Below, piece after piece: positions 1 to 9,405 of a DNA stretch of 64,000 nucleotides. Source of the DNA: Candidatus Tayloriibacteriota bacterium (GTDB lineage Bacteria > Patescibacteriota > Minisyncoccia > Phycocordibacterales > PALSA-1337); the NCBI GenBank assembly GCA_943350765.1, contig CALRAJ010000002.1, positions 72,951 through 136,950 on the forward strand, in the 5' to 3' direction. Position numbers and translations under genes: made by a program. How positions within the stretch are numbered: position 1 is the stretch's first letter; each line of letters starts with the position of its first letter. Under the pieces are notes generated by a model. It worked only from the letters and a program-made list of their open reading frames with translations. It did not search any database and was not told where the DNA came from.

Positions 1-1
1 C

Positions 2-94
2 GGTAGCAGGGAATTAGCCGAGATATGGAAAACACTCCATCAGAAAATCTGGAAAGCAAAGGTATTGCCAGAGGAGGTACACACCATAAGTTAG
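2..94 (+). CDS. 3' end of an unidentified upstream gene (C-terminal ~30 aa, ...LPEEVHTIS), truncated by the window edge
   Basis: Open frame from the window edge to TAG at 92-94; no similarity recognised. Confidence 0.2.
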   Translation, partial: GSRELAEIWKTLHQKIWKAKVLPEEVHTIS

Positions 95-150
95 AAGTTA
101 GTCATTTTTGATTTAGAAATGTTTTTGCAATGATGGTTCCTGCGAAAACC

Positions 151-188
151 AACGGCTCAACACGCCTGTTGAGCCGTTCAAATGGCTC
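151..188. repeat. Dispersed palindromic hairpin repeat (H family, GGCTCAAC-N5-GTTGAGCC core, CGTTCAAATGGCT flank variant)
   Basis: aacGGCTCAACacgccTGTTGAGCCgttcaaatggctc; same motif recurs at >=12 intergenic sites in the window. Confidence 0.8.
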
Positions 189-250
189 TATATAGGCACA
201 ATATAGAATCGGTCAAGAATTACAAAAAACACTGTTTTTGAGGTAGAAAG

Positions 251-288
251 CTTCAAAGGCTCAACGGCACACCGTTGAGCCTTTGAAG
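251..288. repeat. H-family hairpin repeat (TTCAAAGGCTCAAC...GTTGAGCCTTTGAAG variant)
   Basis: Perfect extended palindrome cttcaaaggctcaacggcacaccgttgagcctttgaag upstream of lepA. Confidence 0.8.
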
Positions 289-346
289 TTAAAAGTCCCT
301 AAAAAGCTTGGAGATTGAAGTCATTTCTGTTAGTATGGACTAACTT

Positions 347-2143
347 ATGGATTTAAAGCATATACGAAACTTTAGTATTATTGCTCATATAGATCATGGT
401 AAGTCCACCCTTGCCGATCGTATGCTTGAGATTACAAACACTATAGAAAAGCGTAAAATGCAGGAACAAGTCCTCGATAGTATGGAGCTGGAACGCGAGC
501 GAGGTATTACAATAAAAATGCAACCAGTGAGGATGAAGTACCTGCTCGATGGACAAGAATATATATTAAACCTTATCGATACTCCAGGACATATCGATTT
601 CTCATACGAAGTATCCAGGGCTTTAAAGGCAGTGGAAGGCTCGATTTTGCTAGTTGATGCCACGCAAGGTGTCCAAGCACAGACCATGACTACGCTAACA
701 ATGGCTCGGGAATCAGGGCTGACTATTATCCCCGTGATAAGCAAGATTGACTCGCCACTTGCTCGGGTGGCTGATGTAAAAGGTGAGGTCTCAAAACTGC
801 TCGGTGTCTCGTTTGAGGATATATTGGAGGTATCAGGTAAAACTGGAGAAAATGTCGATCTACTTTTAAAAGAAATTATCAAAAGAGTACCACCACCACA
901 TATTCCTGTCGGTACCGAAAAGGCTTTCCAGTCACTTGTTTTTGATTTTCAGTATTCAAATCATCGTGGTGTGATTGTGTATATTCGGGTATTGTCAGGT
1001 CAGGTTACTCGTAATACGGCATTGGTTTTCAAAATCGCAAATGAGACTTTTAACGCAATAGAAGTGGGAATATTTTCTCCACAAGAAGTGCCGATGGAGT
1101 CTATTGGGGCTGGTGAGATCGGCTATATTGTAACAGGTATCAAACAGCCAGGTATTGCCTCGGTGGGAGATACTGTAGCATACGAACGAGATACCCTACC
1201 TCCACTTTCTGGATATATGAAGCCAAAGCCAGTGGTTTGGGCATCCGTCTATCCAGAAAGTCAGGATGATTTTACATTACTCAAACAGGCGCTCAGTCGC
1301 CTTTGTCTTTCGGATTCATCTTTTACACATGAGGAAGAATCGTCTGGATCACTGGGTCGTGGTTTTCGGTGTGGTTTTCTCGGTATGCTTCATCTCGAGA
1401 TTATTACTGAGAGACTTCGTCGGGAGTTTAATCTAGAGCTTATTGTAACCACACCTAGTATTACTTATGAAATCGATTACATAAATGGTAAAAGAGACAT
1501 TGTCTATTCTCCGTCAAGATTTCCAGATGATCATCAGATTAAGACTATTTTTGAACCTTGGGTAGATATTAGGATTATTGTACCAGCACAATATCTCGGG
1601 GCGATGATGCAGGCACTCTATGACCACGAGGCAGAAATCGGCGACTCCGAAAACTTTGGCGATAATAGAAATGCTTTGACTATTAAAATGCCACTACGCG
1701 AGCTGATGCGAAACTTTTTTGATGAAGTAAAAAGTATTACTTCTGGTTATGCGTCAATATCCTATGAGCTAGGAGAAATGCGTGTAGCGGATGTGGTAAG
1801 GCTCGATATTTTAGTAGCTGAGGAAGCTGTACCCGCTTTTTCTAGAGTAGTATCTAAAAGGCGAGTGCAGGAGGAGGCTGAACAGGCAGTGGGTAAGCTT
1901 GCTAAGGTACTTCCTCGGCAAATGTTTACCACTAAAATACAGGGCGTGGCACTTGGGAGGATTCTGTCATCTGAAACACTTACAGCACTTCGCAAAGATG
2001 TGACCCAGCATATGTACGGAGGAGATATTACTCGAAAAATGAAACTAAGAGAAAAGCAAAAAAAGGGTAAAAAGAGAATGCAAGAGACGGGCAAGGTAAA
2101 TATTCCTCATGATGTCTTTTTGAAAATGGTGAAGAGTGAGTAG
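347..2143 (+). CDS. lepA: Elongation factor 4 (LepA), translational GTPase
   Basis: N-terminal G domain [25 protein letters not shown], overall 598 aa LepA architecture. Confidence 0.95.
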   Translation: MDLKHIRNFSIIAHIDHGKSTLADRMLEITNTIEKRKMQEQVLDSMELERERGITIKMQPVRMKYLLDGQEYILNLIDTPGHIDFSYEVSRALKAVEGSILLVDATQGVQAQTMTTLTMARESGLTIIPVISKIDSPLARVADVKGEVSKLLGVSFEDILEVSGKTGENVDLLLKEIIKRVPPPHIPVGTEKAFQSLVFDFQYSNHRGVIVYIRVLSGQVTRNTALVFKIANETFNAIEVGIFSPQEVPMESIGAGEIGYIVTGIKQPGIASVGDTVAYERDTLPPLSGYMKPKPVVWASVYPESQDDFTLLKQALSRLCLSDSSFTHEEESSGSLGRGFRCGFLGMLHLEIITERLRREFNLELIVTTPSITYEIDYINGKRDIVYSPSRFPDDHQIKTIFEPWVDIRIIVPAQYLGAMMQALYDHEAEIGDSENFGDNRNALTIKMPLRELMRNFFDEVKSITSGYASISYELGEMRVADVVRLDILVAEEAVPAFSRVVSKRRVQEEAEQAVGKLAKVLPRQMFTTKIQGVALGRILSSETLTALRKDVTQHMYGGDITRKMKLREKQKKGKKRMQETGKVNIPHDVFLKMVKSE

Positions 2144-2149
2144 GGTATA

Positions 2150-2288
2150 GCAAATTATTAAATTTCTTTCTTAGCATATCTTTTAAATAGCACGAGTATT
2201 TCTTTGGTAAGAAATCTCTCAAGTCTCAGCTACCCGCTTCCGAAGTCTATTTAAAAGATACGCTTGCGACGAAATTTAATAATTTGCT
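2150..2288. mobile_element. MITE-like element copy 1 (subtype A core; perfect 18-bp TIR agcaaattattaaatttc)
   Basis: TIRs agcaaattattaaatttc / gaaatttaataatttgct; core gcacgagtatttctttggtaagaaatctctcaagtctcagctacccgcttccgaagtc is shared with the copies at 18157, 35029 and 53406. Confidence 0.75.
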
Positions 2289-2331
2289 ATGTTTTGTGAT
2301 GGTTGGTATGAAGGAGTGATGACTATTTTAA

Positions 2332-2375
2332 GCCACATTCAAAGGCTAAACAGGGTGTTTAGCCTTTGAATGTGG
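2332..2375. repeat. H-family hairpin variant (GGCTAAAC...GTTTAGCC)
   Basis: ccacattcaaaggctaaacagggtgtttagcctttgaatgtgg palindrome. Confidence 0.7.
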
Positions 2376-2580
2376 CTATATAGAGACATATTTAAAAAAT
2401 TGGCTTTAAACTGTAACTACCTATATAAAAACGGTGAATAAAGCAAGATCATGCTTATGATAATCAATACCGAAATAATGACCGAAACTACATTTAGTAC
2501 CTTTTTTGTTTTGTGATGAAATAGCATGGGTTTTATATCTTTTATGTTATCTTTTTGAATATGTAGTATAATATCATAAA

Positions 2581-2955
2581 ATGCTAGAATTTCAAGTAAA
2601 AAAAAGATTTAAAAGAATACTTTATTCTCGAGCGATGATCGTAATACTTATGATTGTTATTGTTTTTGCTATTAAAGCCACATGGAGTGTTTATAAAAAA
2701 CAGCAGACCAGCAGGATGAACCTAAATAGATTACAGCTGGAAATATCAGAATTGAAACAACGCGAAGATTATATAAAATCTGGTATTGATCGTCTTGGTA
2801 CGGATAAGGGGGTGGAAGAGGAGATTAGACAAAAGTTTAAGGTTGTCAAAGATGGTGAATCAATGTCGATACTTATCGATGATGAACAGGTCATGGCCAC
2901 TTCTTCCTCGCCAGAAAAAGGTTTTTGGTCTACAATTGCTGATGTGTTTCGGTAA
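2581..2955 (+). CDS. Septum formation initiator family protein (FtsB/DivIC-like): N-terminal TM plus coiled coil
   Basis: TM helix MIVILMIVIVFAI followed by a coiled-coil LQLEISELKQREDYI and an EEEIRQKFKVVKDGE motif typical of FtsB/DivIC. Confidence 0.5.
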   Translation: MLEFQVKKRFKRILYSRAMIVILMIVIVFAIKATWSVYKKQQTSRMNLNRLQLEISELKQREDYIKSGIDRLGTDKGVEEEIRQKFKVVKDGESMSILIDDEQVMATSSSPEKGFWSTIADVFR

Positions 2956-3008
2956 AATGTATATGATGGCCTAAAGCGGGCTTTGCTACGCCGAAGCTTT
3001 GAGCTATG

Positions 3009-3079
3009 GCGAGTGTAGTATAGTGGTAATACGTGTGCTTCCCAAGCATATGACGCGGGTCCGATTCCCGCCACTCGCA
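3009..3079 (+). tRNA. tRNA-Gly (anticodon CCC)
   Basis: Hand-folded cloverleaf: acceptor GCGAGTG/CACTCGC, D-stem GTAT/ATAC, anticodon stem TGTGC/GCATA with loop TTCCCAA, T-arm GCGGG-TCCGATT-CCCGC, discriminator A. Confidence 0.8.
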
Positions 3080-3125
3080 CAAAATGAGCGTCGAGAGGCG
3101 CTTTTTTGCTATACTTACTGTACCT

Positions 3126-4385
3126 ATGCCCCCGCAGTCTGAAATTAAAAAAGTACCAAAACCAAAAGTAATTCTCCATATGGATGGCGACGCTTTTTTT
3201 GTCGGTGTTGAAGTTGCTAAAAATCCAAAACTCAAGGGGTTGCCAGTAGTAACTGGTGAGGAGAGGGGGATAGTCTCGGCACTTTCGTATGAGGCAAAAG
3301 CACTCGGCGTGGTGCGTGGTATGCCAATATTTAAAATTAAAAAAGATTTCCCAAAAGTAATTATTCTACCCGGTGATTATGCCTCATATATTCGCTACTC
3401 GGCTATGATGTTTGATATTGTGCGTCGATATGTTGATGATGTGGAGGAATATAGTATTGACGAATGCTTTGCGGATCTCACTGGACTCGACCGACCATTA
3501 AAAATGACCTATCTGCAGATAGCCGAGAGGATTAAAAATGAAATAAATAAAGAACTACAGCTAAGTGTCTCTATTGGCGTTGCACCTACAAAAGTACTCG
3601 CCAAGGTAGCATCAAAGTGGGTAAAGCCAAATGGCCTGACCTCAATAGATATTAAAACCGCCCCAGATTTTCTCGCCAAAACACCTATAGAGAAAATCTG
3701 GGGTATTGGCCCGCAGACTTCAGAGTTTTTGAAAAGAAGATGTATAGATACCGCGCATGATTTTGTAAGTAAAGATATAGCTTGGGTAAAACACAACCTT
3801 TCAAAACCGTATGAGATAATCTGGCAGGAACTTTCTGGTGTATCCCTGATGAATATCGATCCAATAAAAAAGACCGTCTATTCCTCAATGCAGAAAACAA
3901 GGTCATTTCACCCCGCTACCAACGATAAAAAGTTTCTTCTGTCGCAGATTTCTAAACATGTGGAGGATGCGTGCACCAAAGCTCGGCATTTCCACCTAGT
4001 GCCGAAAAAGATATCTATTTTTCTCAAGGACAAAGATTTTAAATTTACCACTGTTTCGATTCATGTTCCGTCGCCGACCAACGCTCCGGAGATTTTGATT
4101 TCTCTTGCTAAAAAACAGTTTGATAAAATGCATGTTCGGGGGACACTCTATCGTACTACTGGCGTTGTGTTGCAAGATCTTATTTCGGGTTTAGTCTCGC
4201 AAAACGATTTGTTTGGCGGTACTGATGAGGCACACAAATTCGAACGCATACACGCGCAGATCGACTCTCTTGAAAATAAGTTTGGTCGGCATGTTGTCTA
4301 TCTCGCATCCACACACAATGCCCTGAAGCAAAAGAAGGTGGGTACGGATTCAGATGATTTGGATAGAAATTTGCTATTTCTGTAG
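3126..4385 (+). CDS. dinB: DNA polymerase IV (Y-family translesion polymerase)
   Basis: ILHMDGDAFFVGVE catalytic N-terminus, typical DinB length. The ORF-track start at 3084 abuts the tRNA; the ATG at 3126 is preferred. Confidence 0.9.
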   Translation: MPPQSEIKKVPKPKVILHMDGDAFFVGVEVAKNPKLKGLPVVTGEERGIVSALSYEAKALGVVRGMPIFKIKKDFPKVIILPGDYASYIRYSAMMFDIVRRYVDDVEEYSIDECFADLTGLDRPLKMTYLQIAERIKNEINKELQLSVSIGVAPTKVLAKVASKWVKPNGLTSIDIKTAPDFLAKTPIEKIWGIGPQTSEFLKRRCIDTAHDFVSKDIAWVKHNLSKPYEIIWQELSGVSLMNIDPIKKTVYSSMQKTRSFHPATNDKKFLLSQISKHVEDACTKARHFHLVPKKISIFLKDKDFKFTTVSIHVPSPTNAPEILISLAKKQFDKMHVRGTLYRTTGVVLQDLISGLVSQNDLFGGTDEAHKFERIHAQIDSLENKFGRHVVYLASTHNALKQKKVGTDSDDLDRNLLFL

Positions 4386-4450
4386 TTTGTGACAAAATGC
4401 CAACTAACATATTTTAACCTCGTTGGAGGATAAGGTGATATACTAGCAAA

Positions 4451-5149
4451 ATGAATGAATATGAAAAGAAATTGTCTGATGAGGCATTCCGTTGGGTTAA
4501 GGCAAATCATCGTAAAATTATAGAAGAGTTTGCTGGAAAAGCGGAGCATGTCGCTGATAATCAACCAATTACACTTTTTATGGCAGGATCTCCTGGAGCG
4601 GGTAAGACTGAGGTGTCCAAACGCCTCATTTCTCGTTTTATACAGAAACCAGTAAGAATTGATGCGGATGAAATTCGCGGAATATGCCCTGGTTATGTCG
4701 GATCAAATGCACACATATTTCAAAGAGCAGCTACTAAAGGGGTTCATATTCTCTATGATTATTCGCGAGAAAATAATTTGAATGTCATTTTGGACGGTAC
4801 ATTTGCATATGCAGATGAACAGAAAAATATACAGGGGTCATTAGATCGTCAGAGAAAAGTCGAAATCTATTTTGTGTATCAGGATCCTTCGCAAGCATGG
4901 GATTTTACAAAAAAACGTGAAGAAATTGAGTATAGAAAGGTTTCTAAAAAAGTTTTCATTGATGCTTTTATCAAATCTCGCGAAAATGTTAACCTTGTCA
5001 AAAGTTATTTCGGAGATCAAATCGAGCTCAACCTACTTATAAAAGATTTAACGAGTGATATTGAACAGCTGGAGCTTAATATACTCCTTGTTGATAGTTA
5101 TTTGAAGAAGGTGTATACTAGGTATGAATTGGAGACATTGCTTATATGA
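4451..5149 (+). CDS. Zeta-toxin-like P-loop kinase (AAA_33/zeta_toxin family)
   Basis: Walker A FMAGSPGAGKTE, a downstream IDADEIRG motif and an NVILDGTF (hhhDGT) motif characteristic of the zeta toxin/PezT fold. Confidence 0.55.
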   Translation: MNEYEKKLSDEAFRWVKANHRKIIEEFAGKAEHVADNQPITLFMAGSPGAGKTEVSKRLISRFIQKPVRIDADEIRGICPGYVGSNAHIFQRAATKGVHILYDYSRENNLNVILDGTFAYADEQKNIQGSLDRQRKVEIYFVYQDPSQAWDFTKKREEIEYRKVSKKVFIDAFIKSRENVNLVKSYFGDQIELNLLIKDLTSDIEQLELNILLVDSYLKKVYTRYELETLLI

Positions 5150-5337
5150 TTAATAAAATCAAGTCCTACTTAGGGATTAAAGAGATAAAGGAGCCAACGA
5201 CTGACTTTTCGGCGTTTTTTCATAATGCTTCTTCTGCCCAGAAAAAGAAGCTTCTAACCGAGGTTGTACGCGAAGCGAATAAGGATCAAAGAGCGGTTAT
5301 TGAGCGGTATAATCGGAGGACTACAAAGACCATCTAA
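5146..5337 (+). CDS. Small hypothetical protein (63 aa) with ATGA-overlapped start, possible partner of the upstream kinase
   Basis: Translationally coupled ORF; no recognisable domain. Confidence 0.3.
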   Translation: MINKIKSYLGIKEIKEPTTDFSAFFHNASSAQKKKLLTEVVREANKDQRAVIERYNRRTTKTI

Positions 5338-5380
5338 TCGGTGGTTTTTGTTTGGCAAAGAATTCCAACGGCTTAGTGGT

Positions 5381-5419
5381 TGAACGGCTCAACAGGGCTG
5401 TTGAGCCGTTCAAATGGCT
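5381..5419. repeat. H-family hairpin repeat
   Basis: gaacggctcaacagggctgttgagccgttcaaatggct. Confidence 0.8.
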
Positions 5420-5485
5420 TGGTTGAGAGGTTTTTAGAGTATGCTAAAAAGTGGCTATTTGGTGTAAATTTGCTATGATATTGAG

Positions 5486-6091
5486 ATGAATGAAATTGTC
5501 TATATTCTTATAAACGAAGCTATGCCAGGGTATACCAAAATTGGTATCACTACTGATTTGAAAGCTCGTCTGAAGCAATTAAGTAATACATCTGTTCCCG
5601 TTCCTTTTGAATGTTTTTTCGCAAAAAGAGTTAAAGATGCGAGGGCTATTGAGAATAGAATGCACGCTGCCTTTGCAAAGGATAGAGTTGACAGTGGAGC
5701 AGGAAGAGAATTTTTTATGATCCCCCCAGAACAAGCTGCGGCAGCATTGAGTATGGCAGAGGGAGAAGATATTCAAATTGATTCAGAAAAAACGGAACAA
5801 GAAAAGGTTGCAATCGCTGAAATCACAAGTAGACGCCCCGTTTTCAATTTTTCATTGGTTAATATAAATCCAGGTTCAACACTTCAGTTTTATATGGACG
5901 AGATAATTACTTGTACAGTCGTCGATTCAAGAAAGGTTGAATTTAATGGGAAAATCGTCTCGTTGTCCTATGCTGCTATGCAAGTATTGGAGTCAAAAGG
6001 TTTGCACTGGAAGGCTGTTTCTGGTCCCGGTATATGGATGTTTGAGGGTGAGACACTGTATGCGAGACGTATAAGGATGGAGGCTGAATAA
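5486..6091 (+). CDS. GIY-YIG superfamily protein: N-terminal T5orf172 domain plus C-terminal DUF4357-like domain
   Basis: VYILINEAMPGYTKIGITTDLKARLKQL ... GREFF matches T5orf172; C-terminal W...G..W....LYARRIR matches the DUF4357 pattern. Confidence 0.6.
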   Translation: MNEIVYILINEAMPGYTKIGITTDLKARLKQLSNTSVPVPFECFFAKRVKDARAIENRMHAAFAKDRVDSGAGREFFMIPPEQAAAALSMAEGEDIQIDSEKTEQEKVAIAEITSRRPVFNFSLVNINPGSTLQFYMDEIITCTVVDSRKVEFNGKIVSLSYAAMQVLESKGLHWKAVSGPGIWMFEGETLYARRIRMEAE

Positions 6092-6102
6092 TTGTAAGAC
6101 GA

Positions 6103-6729
6103 ATGACACCACAAGAAAGTTTCCCCGATGTCTTTCGTGTTATCCTAGATCTTTCTTCTACTATATCTAAGAAGATAGATGATTATAAAAATAATATTGA
6201 AAATAATCCCAGTATAAAGAGGGCTTTTTATAATATAGATTTTGTTTATATGCACTCTATTGTACTCGATATGGGAAAGCTACTTTCAGTAAATAATAAT
6301 GATAGGTCTGGATTAAGGGGGTTGGAAAAGTCATCACCAGATAAATTTAAAAAAGATATAAGGATATTTAGGGATAAATATAAGGATGTAATTGAAAAAA
6401 TAAAAAGCAATAGAAATAGGATAATTTCTCATGTAGATATAAGTGATGAAGGACATTTTTCTAAAATGGGTTTTTCTGAGAAAGAAGTAAATAAAAAAGT
6501 CACTGACCTCAATGATCACTTCACATTTTTGTATGGGTTGAATAAATCATTGGTAGAATCATCTATCGAACATTGGAATAAGTTAAGATCAGAGTCTATT
6601 AGGACTGAAAGATATAGTCCTTCAGATTTTTCTAAGGAAGTAGATATTTTCATAATAATGATTAGAGAAATAGTATCTATTTCGTATAAAATTAATGTGT
6701 GTTATTGTGAAAAAACAAGACTTAAGTAA
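6103..6729 (+). CDS. Hypothetical protein in an AT-rich segment; possible HEPN-like (R-x5-H motif RNRIISH)
   Basis: Local GC content is markedly lower than the flanks; an Rx4-6H motif is the only recognisable feature. Confidence 0.3.
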   Translation: MTPQESFPDVFRVILDLSSTISKKIDDYKNNIENNPSIKRAFYNIDFVYMHSIVLDMGKLLSVNNNDRSGLRGLEKSSPDKFKKDIRIFRDKYKDVIEKIKSNRNRIISHVDISDEGHFSKMGFSEKEVNKKVTDLNDHFTFLYGLNKSLVESSIEHWNKLRSESIRTERYSPSDFSKEVDIFIIMIREIVSISYKINVCYCEKTRLK

Positions 6730-6805
6730 TCAGATCGTTTTTTATGCAAAACTCTCTGTGCTATAATATAATCCCTACAAAGTAATTAAATAAATTAAAA
6801 CAAGT

Positions 6806-7039
6806 ATGAAAAAAGTTACGATATACTCGACCCCAACATGCCACTACTGTAATATGGCCAAGGATTTTTTTAAGGCAAATAAAATTATTTACACAGAATT
6901 GAATGTGGCGACTGATTTAGAAAAGCGGAAAGAGATGATTGAGAAGAGTGGGCAAATGGGTGTGCCAGTAATCGATATCGGCGGGGAGATCATGGTGGGT
7001 TTTGATCAGTCGGCGCTCTCGAAGGCTTTGGGGATGTAA
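6806..7039 (+). CDS. Glutaredoxin-like protein (NrdH/Grx family, CxxC)
   Basis: YSTPTCHYCNMAKDFF active-site motif, 77 aa thioredoxin fold. Confidence 0.85.
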   Translation: MKKVTIYSTPTCHYCNMAKDFFKANKIIYTELNVATDLEKRKEMIEKSGQMGVPVIDIGGEIMVGFDQSALSKALGM

Positions 7040-7048
7040 AGGGGGGAT

Positions 7049-7090
7049 AAAAGCCCCGCGGGCGAGTACGCCCGCGGGGCTTTTATATTT
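7049..7090 (+). terminator. Rho-independent terminator
   Basis: GC-rich hairpin aaaagccccgcgggcgagtacgcccgcggggc followed by ttttatattt. Confidence 0.85.
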
Positions 7091-7140
7091 AGCAAAAAAT
7101 GTTATAGTCTTGTAGCAGAGCTTGTGCATTCTGTATCTAT

Positions 7141-7245
7141 TCTCCCTTTGTAAAGGGAGCACCGCCAGTACTCTGGCGTGGAGGGATTTGAAATCCAAAT
7201 CCCTCGGCTTGAAGCCTGCTCCCTTTAGAAAAGGGAGAACAATGC
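7141..7245 (+). repeat. Multi-hairpin structured element R, copy 1 (immediately upstream of tRNA-Arg)
   Basis: Hairpins CTCCCTTT-gtaa-AAGGGAG, GCCAG-tact-CTGGC, AGGGATTTG-aaatc-CAAATCCCT, GGCTT-ga-AGCC and CTCCCTTT-agaa-AAGGGAG; homologous copy at 62966-63062. Confidence 0.6.
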
Positions 7246-7250
7246 TAATA

Positions 7251-7322
7251 GCCCCTGTAGTTCAATGGATAGAACAATTCCGTCCTAAGGAGGAAATCCA
7301 GGTTCGATTCCTGGTGGGGGCA
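7251..7322 (+). tRNA. tRNA-Arg (anticodon CCU)
   Basis: Acceptor GCCCCTG/TGGGGGC (two G-U pairs), D-arm GTTC-AATGGATA-GAAC, anticodon loop GTCCTAA, T-arm CCAGG-TTCGATT-CCTGG; the 27-43 pair is mismatched. Confidence 0.7.
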
Positions 7323-7383
7323 CAACAAAAATATCCAAAGGATATCTTTTTGTTGCTACCCAGCCAGAATCGAACTTATCTTT

Positions 7384-8703
7384 ATGCCCCAACTCAATCT
7401 AACCAAAATCAAAAAAGTCTATTTCATCGGTATTGGCGGTATTGGTGTTTCTGCCATTACTCGTATGATGGCACTGTCTGGAAAAGAAGTCCGAGGCTCC
7501 GACATGAGTCTTTCGGAAGTTACTAGCGAGCTCACACGGCTTGGCATACATATCGACCACGGTCAGTCTATAGATTTGATACCAAAAGATACTGAGCTAG
7601 TCATCTATACTATCGCCATTGCAAGTTTTGACCCAAAGCTCATTGAAGCCATCGACGCCCGAGGTATCCCAAGAAAAACCTATCCCGAAATACTTGGTAT
7701 TATTTCCGCGGACAGCTTCACTATCGCCATCTCAGGTACTCACGGCAAGACGACCACCACAGCCATGACTGCGAAAGTATTTCTCGATGCTGGGCTAGAT
7801 CCGACAGTAGTCGTCGGCTCATTTTTGAAAGATCAAAAGAGTAATTTTATTGCTGGTAAGAGTAAATACTTTATCGTCGAAGCTTGCGAATACCGTCGTT
7901 CTTTTTTAAACCTCACCCCGACAATTTTGGTAATTACAAACATAGACAATGACCATCTGGACTACTACAAAGACATGGCGGATATTCAAAGTGCGTTTGC
8001 AGAATTGATTTCAAAAATCCCTCCGCACGGTGCAGTAATCTGTAATCCAAACGATCCCACAGTCGCTCCCGTCCTCAAAAAAGCATCTTGTAAAATTATC
8101 GATTATACTGGCTTTTTGTACCCGAGCCTTTCGCTCAAGGTGCCGGGTATGCATAATAGAAAGAATGCTTCTGCGGTATGGGCGGTGGCAGACCTGACTG
8201 GCATATCAGAACGAGTTACCAAAGCCTCATTAGAGGCATTTTCTGGCACATGGAGACGGTTTGAGTACAAAGGTACTACTAATGCAAACGCGGTCGTCTA
8301 CGACGATTACGGTCATCATCCGACCGAGGTAGAGGCGACACTAGCTGGTGCGAGAGAGTTGTTTAAGAAAAAGCGAATTATTGTGGTTTTTCAGCCTCAT
8401 TTGTATAGTCGCACCAAAGACCACTTGGCTCATTTCGGAACAAGTTTCAAGGACGCAGATTTGGTAATTATCTCTCCAATATATCCCGCCCGAGAAGTGT
8501 TTGATCCAAGTATTACTTCGGATATGGTGGTGTCCGAAATAAACAAAAATGGAGGTAAGGCTATGGCGGTCACTGATTTTAGTGAAGCACTTTTTTTTCT
8601 CACAAATGAGGCTAAAAAAGACGATGTCATAATCACTATGGGTGCTGGAGATGTGTATAAAATAGGGGAATCATTACTCGCTCCAGATCATAAAACTTTT
8701 TAA
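7384..8703 (+). CDS. murC: UDP-N-acetylmuramate--L-alanine ligase
   Basis: N-terminal VYFIGIGGIGVSAI...GSD Rossmann motif, Mur ligase central and C-terminal domains. Confidence 0.9.
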   Translation: MPQLNLTKIKKVYFIGIGGIGVSAITRMMALSGKEVRGSDMSLSEVTSELTRLGIHIDHGQSIDLIPKDTELVIYTIAIASFDPKLIEAIDARGIPRKTYPEILGIISADSFTIAISGTHGKTTTTAMTAKVFLDAGLDPTVVVGSFLKDQKSNFIAGKSKYFIVEACEYRRSFLNLTPTILVITNIDNDHLDYYKDMADIQSAFAELISKIPPHGAVICNPNDPTVAPVLKKASCKIIDYTGFLYPSLSLKVPGMHNRKNASAVWAVADLTGISERVTKASLEAFSGTWRRFEYKGTTNANAVVYDDYGHHPTEVEATLAGARELFKKKRIIVVFQPHLYSRTKDHLAHFGTSFKDADLVIISPIYPAREVFDPSITSDMVVSEINKNGGKAMAVTDFSEALFFLTNEAKKDDVIITMGAGDVYKIGESLLAPDHKTF

Positions 8704-8715
8704 AATATATTCGCC

Positions 8716-9405
8716 ATGGCTACTTTGTATATCGTCGCAACCCCCATAGGTAATCTCAAAGACATTACTTTTCGAGCTGTCGAAATATTAAAAACAGTTG
8801 ATTGTATCTTGTGTGAAGATACACGGACAACAAAAGTTTTGCTCAACACTTATGATATTCATGTGCCGACCATGAGCTATCACGCCCAGAGTGCTCTGTC
8901 TCGTACAGAGGATATAATCAGTATGCTCAAGGACGGCAAAAACCTAGCTTTAGTTTCTGATGCTGGCACGCCATGTATTTCTGATCCCGGATCCGCGTTA
9001 CTTTCCTTGGTACGAAAAGAATGCAATGAGGACGAGGTAATGATTGTGCCTATTCCCGGACCATCTGCTTTTGTAACACTTCTTTCTGCAGGAGGACTTG
9101 ATACTAGCTCATTTGTTTTTCTAGGTTTTCTTCCACACAAGAAGGGTAGGGAGACATTGTTCAAGGAAATAGCTACCGCACCACGCACGATGGTTTTTTA
9201 TGAATCACCTCATAGGATCATGAAGACCCTAGCCTCGCTTGCGAGTGTACTTTCGGATAGTCCACGAAGAGTACTTGTGGGTAGAGAATTGACTAAGCTG
9301 TTTGAACAAATTATTTCTGGAACAGCTGGGGAAATGTTTTCATACTTTGAAAATAATCCAGACAAGGTGCGGGGCGAGTTTGTGGTCGCGGTCGAGGCAG
9401 TTTGA
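8716..9405 (+). CDS. rsmI: 16S rRNA (cytidine1402-2'-O)-methyltransferase
   Basis: Tetrapyrrole-methylase fold: LYIVATPIGNLKDIT...ILCEDTR. Confidence 0.85.
   Translation: MATLYIVATPIGNLKDITFRAVEILKTVDCILCEDTRTTKVLLNTYDIHVPTMSYHAQSALSRTEDIISMLKDGKNLALVSDAGTPCISDPGSALLSLVRKECNEDEVMIVPIPGPSAFVTLLSAGGLDTSSFVFLGFLPHKKGRETLFKEIATAPRTMVFYESPHRIMKTLASLASVLSDSPRRVLVGRELTKLFEQIISGTAGEMFSYFENNPDKVRGEFVVAVEAV

Noticed and set aside
7122-7526. ORF 7122-7526 (+)
   Set aside because: It spans the structured repeat, tRNA-Arg and the start of murC, so it is not a real gene.
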